A stretch of DNA of 64,000 nt, taken from assembly GCF_009914755.1 (NCBI RefSeq), contig NC_060925.1, one strand, 5' to 3'. Below are positions 60,339 through 64,000 of this stretch, one piece after another. Positions within the stretch are counted from its first letter, which is position 1, and the number at the start of each line of letters is the position of its first letter. Origin of the DNA: the human T2T-CHM13v2.0 reference genome, Homo sapiens. A program made the translations under genes and the position numbers. The notes under the pieces are model-generated. The model did no database searches, was not told the DNA's origin, and saw nothing but the letters and a program-made list of their open reading frames with translations.

Positions 60339-62837
60339 ACATGGCTATTCAAATACTTTGCCCATTTTTTAAATCAGATTTTGCATTTTTCCCTTTAGAG
60401 TTATTTGAGTTCCTTATATATGCTGGTTATTAACCCCTTGTCTTATGGGTAGGTTGCAAATATTTTCTCCCATCCTGTGATTCGTCTATTCACTTTGTTG
60501 ATTGTTTTCATTACTGTGCAGACGCCTTTTAACTTGATGTGATACAACTTGTCCATTTTTGTTTTGGTTGCCTGTGTTTGTGGATATTACTCAAAAGTAT
60601 TTTTGCCCAGACCAATGTCCTGCAAGTTCCCCAATGTTTTCTTATAGCAGTTTCTTAGTTTAAGGTCTTAGATTTAAGTCTTCAATCCATTTTGATTTGA
60701 TTTTTACATGGCAAGAGATAGGCTCTAGTTTAATTCTTCTGCATATGAATATGCAGTTTTTCCCAGGACCATTGATTGAAGAGACTCTTTTCTCCAGTGT
60801 ATGTTCTTGGCACCTTTGTTAAAAATGAGTTCACTGCAGGTGTGTGGATTCATTTCTGAGTTCTCTATTCTGTTCCACTGGTCTATGTGTCTGTTTTTAT
60901 GCCAGTACCATGCTGTTCTGGTTATTACAGCTCTTTAGTATAATTTGAAGTCAGTTAATGTGATCCCTCCAGTTTTGTTCTTTTTTTTTAGGATAACTTT
61001 GGCTATCCTGGGTCTTTAATTGTTCTATGTAAGTTTTATGATTGATTTATCTATTTCTCTGAAGAATGTCATTGGTTTTTTGATAGAGATTGTATTGAAT
61101 CTGTAGATTGCTTTGGGTCGCATGGACATTTTAACAACATTAATTCTTCTAATCCATGAACATGGACTATTTTTCCATTTTTATGGTGTCCACTTCAATT
61201 TCTTTCATCAGTGTTTTATAGTTTTTATTGTAAAGAATTTTACCTTTTTGGTTAATTCCAAGGTGTTTAATTTTATGTGTGGCTACTATAAATGGGATGA
61301 CTTTCTTAATTTCTCTTTCAGAGTGTTCACTGTTGTCATATAGAAATGCTACTGATTTTTGTGTGTGGTTTTGTATTCTGCAACTTTACTTAATTTATCA
61401 GTTCTAACAGCTTTTGATGGAGTCTTTAGGTTTTTCTAAATACGAGATCATATTGTCTGCAAACAACACTAATTTGATTTTTTTCCTTCCAATTTGAATG
61501 CCCTTTATTTCTTTCTCTTGTCTGATTGCTCTAGCTAGGACTCCCAGTATTACGTTGAATAACAGTGATGAAAATGGGCATTCTTCTCATCTTCTAGATC
61601 TTAGAGGAAAAGCTTTCAGTTTTTTTCCCATTCAGTATGATACTAGCTGTAAGTCTGTCACATATGCCTTTTATTACGTTGGGGTATGTTCCTTCCTTAC
61701 CCAGTTTTTTTAGTTTTTTTTTCATCAAGGGCTGTTGAATTTTATCATATGCTTTTTCAGCATTAATTGCAATGATATCATTTTTGTCCTTCATTCTGTT
61801 GATATGATGTATTATATTGAGTGAGTTGCATACGTTGAACCACCCTTACATCTCAGGGATAAATCCCACTTGGCCATGATGAATGATCTTTTTAATGTAC
61901 TGTTGAATTCAGTGTGTTAGTATTTCACTGAGAATTTTTGCATCAATATTAATCAGAGACATTGGCCTGCAGTTTTTTAAATATGTCTTTGATTTTGGTT
62001 TCAGGGTAATACTGGCCTTTAGAATGAATTTTAAAGCATTCCATTCTCCTCTACTTTTCAGAATAGTTTGAGTATGATCGGTATTCGTTCTTTTTAAATG
62101 TTTGGTAGAATTCAGCAGTGATGCCATTGGGTACTAGGCTTTTCTTCACTGGAAGTCATTATTTGGGTACCAGGCTTTTCTTCATTATTGGGTATCAGGC
62201 TTTTCTTCACTGGAAGTCATTATTTGTTTTTGGTCTGCACAGGTTTTGGATTTCTTCATGGTTCAATTTGGTAGGTTGTGTCAAGGAATCCATTTCTTCT
62301 AGATTTTCCAATTTATTGGTGTATAGTTGCTCATAATGGTTACTAATAATCCTTTGAATTTTCGAATTTCTGCAGTATAAGGTGTAATGTCTTCCTTTTT
62401 TATGTCTAATTTTATTTATTTGAGTCTTCCTTCTTTATTCCTTAGTCTGGTTGCAGGTATGTTAATTTTGTCTAACTTTTCGAAAAACCAACTTTTTGTT
62501 TATTGATCTTCTGTATTGGTTTTTTCATTTCAATTTCATTTATTTCTGCTCTGATCATTATTATTTCTTTTCTTCTACTAATTTTGTGTTTGGTTTGTAC
62601 TTGCTTTTCTAGTTCTTTAACTAGATTATTTGAAGTTTTTCTTTTTTTCTGATGTAAGCACTTATTACTATTAGTGCTGTCTTTAATGTGTCCCATAGGT
62701 TTTCGTGTCTTCTATTTCCATTATAATTTGTTTCAGCAAATTTTTCAGTTTCCTTCTTTATTTCTTCATTGACCCACTGGTCATTAAGGAGCATATATTT
62801 AATTTCCATGTTTTCAAATAGTTTCCAAAATTCCTCT

Positions 62838-63728
62838 TATTTTATGTATTTATTTAGAGACAGAATCTTGCTCTGTTGCCCAGGCTGGAGTCCAGTAGTA
62901 TGAGCTTGGCTCACTGCAACATCTGCCTCCTGGGTTCAAGCGATTCTCCTGCCTCAGCCTCCCAGTGGCTGGGATTACAGGCTTGTGCCACCATGCCTGG
63001 CTAATTTTTGTATTTTTAGTAGAGACGGGGTTTCACCCTGTTGGCCAGTGTGGGAAAGAGTTTCTAGGGTGCCACTTGAGTTGGTCTCCCCTGTGTGAGA
63101 CACCCATGGGAAGCCATGGGTGGCCTCTGAGCAGAAAAGTCTCCTTATTGCCTTCATGTCTTTATACCCTGAGAGCATAACAGCTCAGCGGCATTCCACA
63201 GGTTGCTCAGGGAGATAACACTCCCTTGAAGCAGTGGAGTATAATCAAACATCTGGGCTTCTCCTGAACCCCACTCCCACCCATTTCAGTCCCAATAAGT
63301 TTAAGATCTTAAGTAGTTTAGACACATGCCTTTGCTCAAGGAAAATTCACAGAAACTGCCACTGCTATACATCTTATCGAATGACTCATGAATTCTCCTT
63401 CACTGATTAATCCTTTTCCTCATCCCTTTCTCTCCCTCCCATCTGCCCTAAGAGTAAAGAGCTTGTAAACCAATAAATTGGGCAGAGCCTGAGAGCTCTG
63501 GGCCCTGAGCAAACCTCCGATGCTCCGGCTCCCTGGACCCGCCTTTTAAATGCTTATTCTGTCTCTTTCTAACTCCTTTGTGTCTGCCGGAATTGGGGTG
63601 CCCACTGGGTGGTGTGGGGATGGTTTCCCGAACAGGCCAGGCTGGTCACAAACTCCTGACCTCAAGTGATCTGCCTGCTTCGGCCTCCCAAAGTGCTGGG
63701 AATACAGGCGTGAGCCACCATGCCCAGT
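62838..63728 (-). mobile_element. AluS split by ERVK LTR
   Basis: Alu breaks at TTGGCCAG and resumes at GGCCAGGCTGGTC. Confidence 0.92.
63049..63634 (+). mobile_element. Class II (HML/ERVK) solo LTR, LTR14C-like
   Basis: TGTGGGAAAG...TTCCCGAACA termini, 586 bp, AATAAA ~63472; 6-bp TSD GGCCAG (63043-63048, 63635-63640) typical of beta-like ERVs. Confidence 0.85.
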
Positions 63729-63960
63729 CCTTCTTGCTATTGATTTCTAGTTTTATTCCACTGTGGTCACAGAAAATGATTGATATTACTTCAATTTTTT
63801 GAATATTTTAAGACTTGTTTTGTGATATAACATACAGTCTATCCTTGAGAATAATTAATATTGTGAGGAAAAGAGTGTGAATTCTGCAGCTGTTGGATGA
63901 AATGTTCTGTAAATACCTATTAGGTCCATTTGGTCTATATTGTAGATTAAGTTCAATGTT

Positions 63961-63965
<5 letters not shown>

Positions 63966-63996
<31 letters not shown>
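63966..63996. repeat. (TA)n microsatellite
   Basis: Direct reading. Confidence 0.9.

Positions 63997-64000
<4 letters not shown>

Overview
Human (great-ape-type) genomic DNA, repeat-dominated. I recognise it from memory as the 1q44 interval between the ZNF124/ZNF731P KRAB-ZNF cluster and VN1R5. Contents: (1) the CpG-island promoter and first exon of a minus-strand ZNF124-like KRAB-ZNF (pseudo)gene at ~7.5-8.2 kb, whose intron 1 fills the left end and holds a retroposed 5S rRNA pseudogene; (2) a 5' LTR + tRNA-Pro PBS + gag remnant of an HERV-IP/ADP-type provirus, interrupted by a full-length SVA and abutting an env/LTR remnant of a second ERV; (3) a full-length processed HSPA8 pseudogene inside an L1; (4) two divergently oriented vomeronasal type-1 receptor paralogues, VN1R17P (-) and VN1R5 (+), which share several kb of non-coding homology (ancient inverted duplication); (5) many Alu, L1, MaLR/ERV LTR and DNA-transposon copies. 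I see no evidence of a new biological system. The main result concerns the 357-aa 'intact' VN1R5 ORF, which looks open by accident. Four indels (-1, -1, +1, -2) put ~80 residues, including TM5, out of frame. The first 35 residues lie largely upstream of a conserved splice acceptor, and the last ~25 residues plus the stop codon come from a MaLR LTR. Several templated-insertion repair scars and a short L1 3' transduction are also visible. Repeat subfamily names and gene symbols come from recall, not from database searches, and repeat boundaries are approximate.
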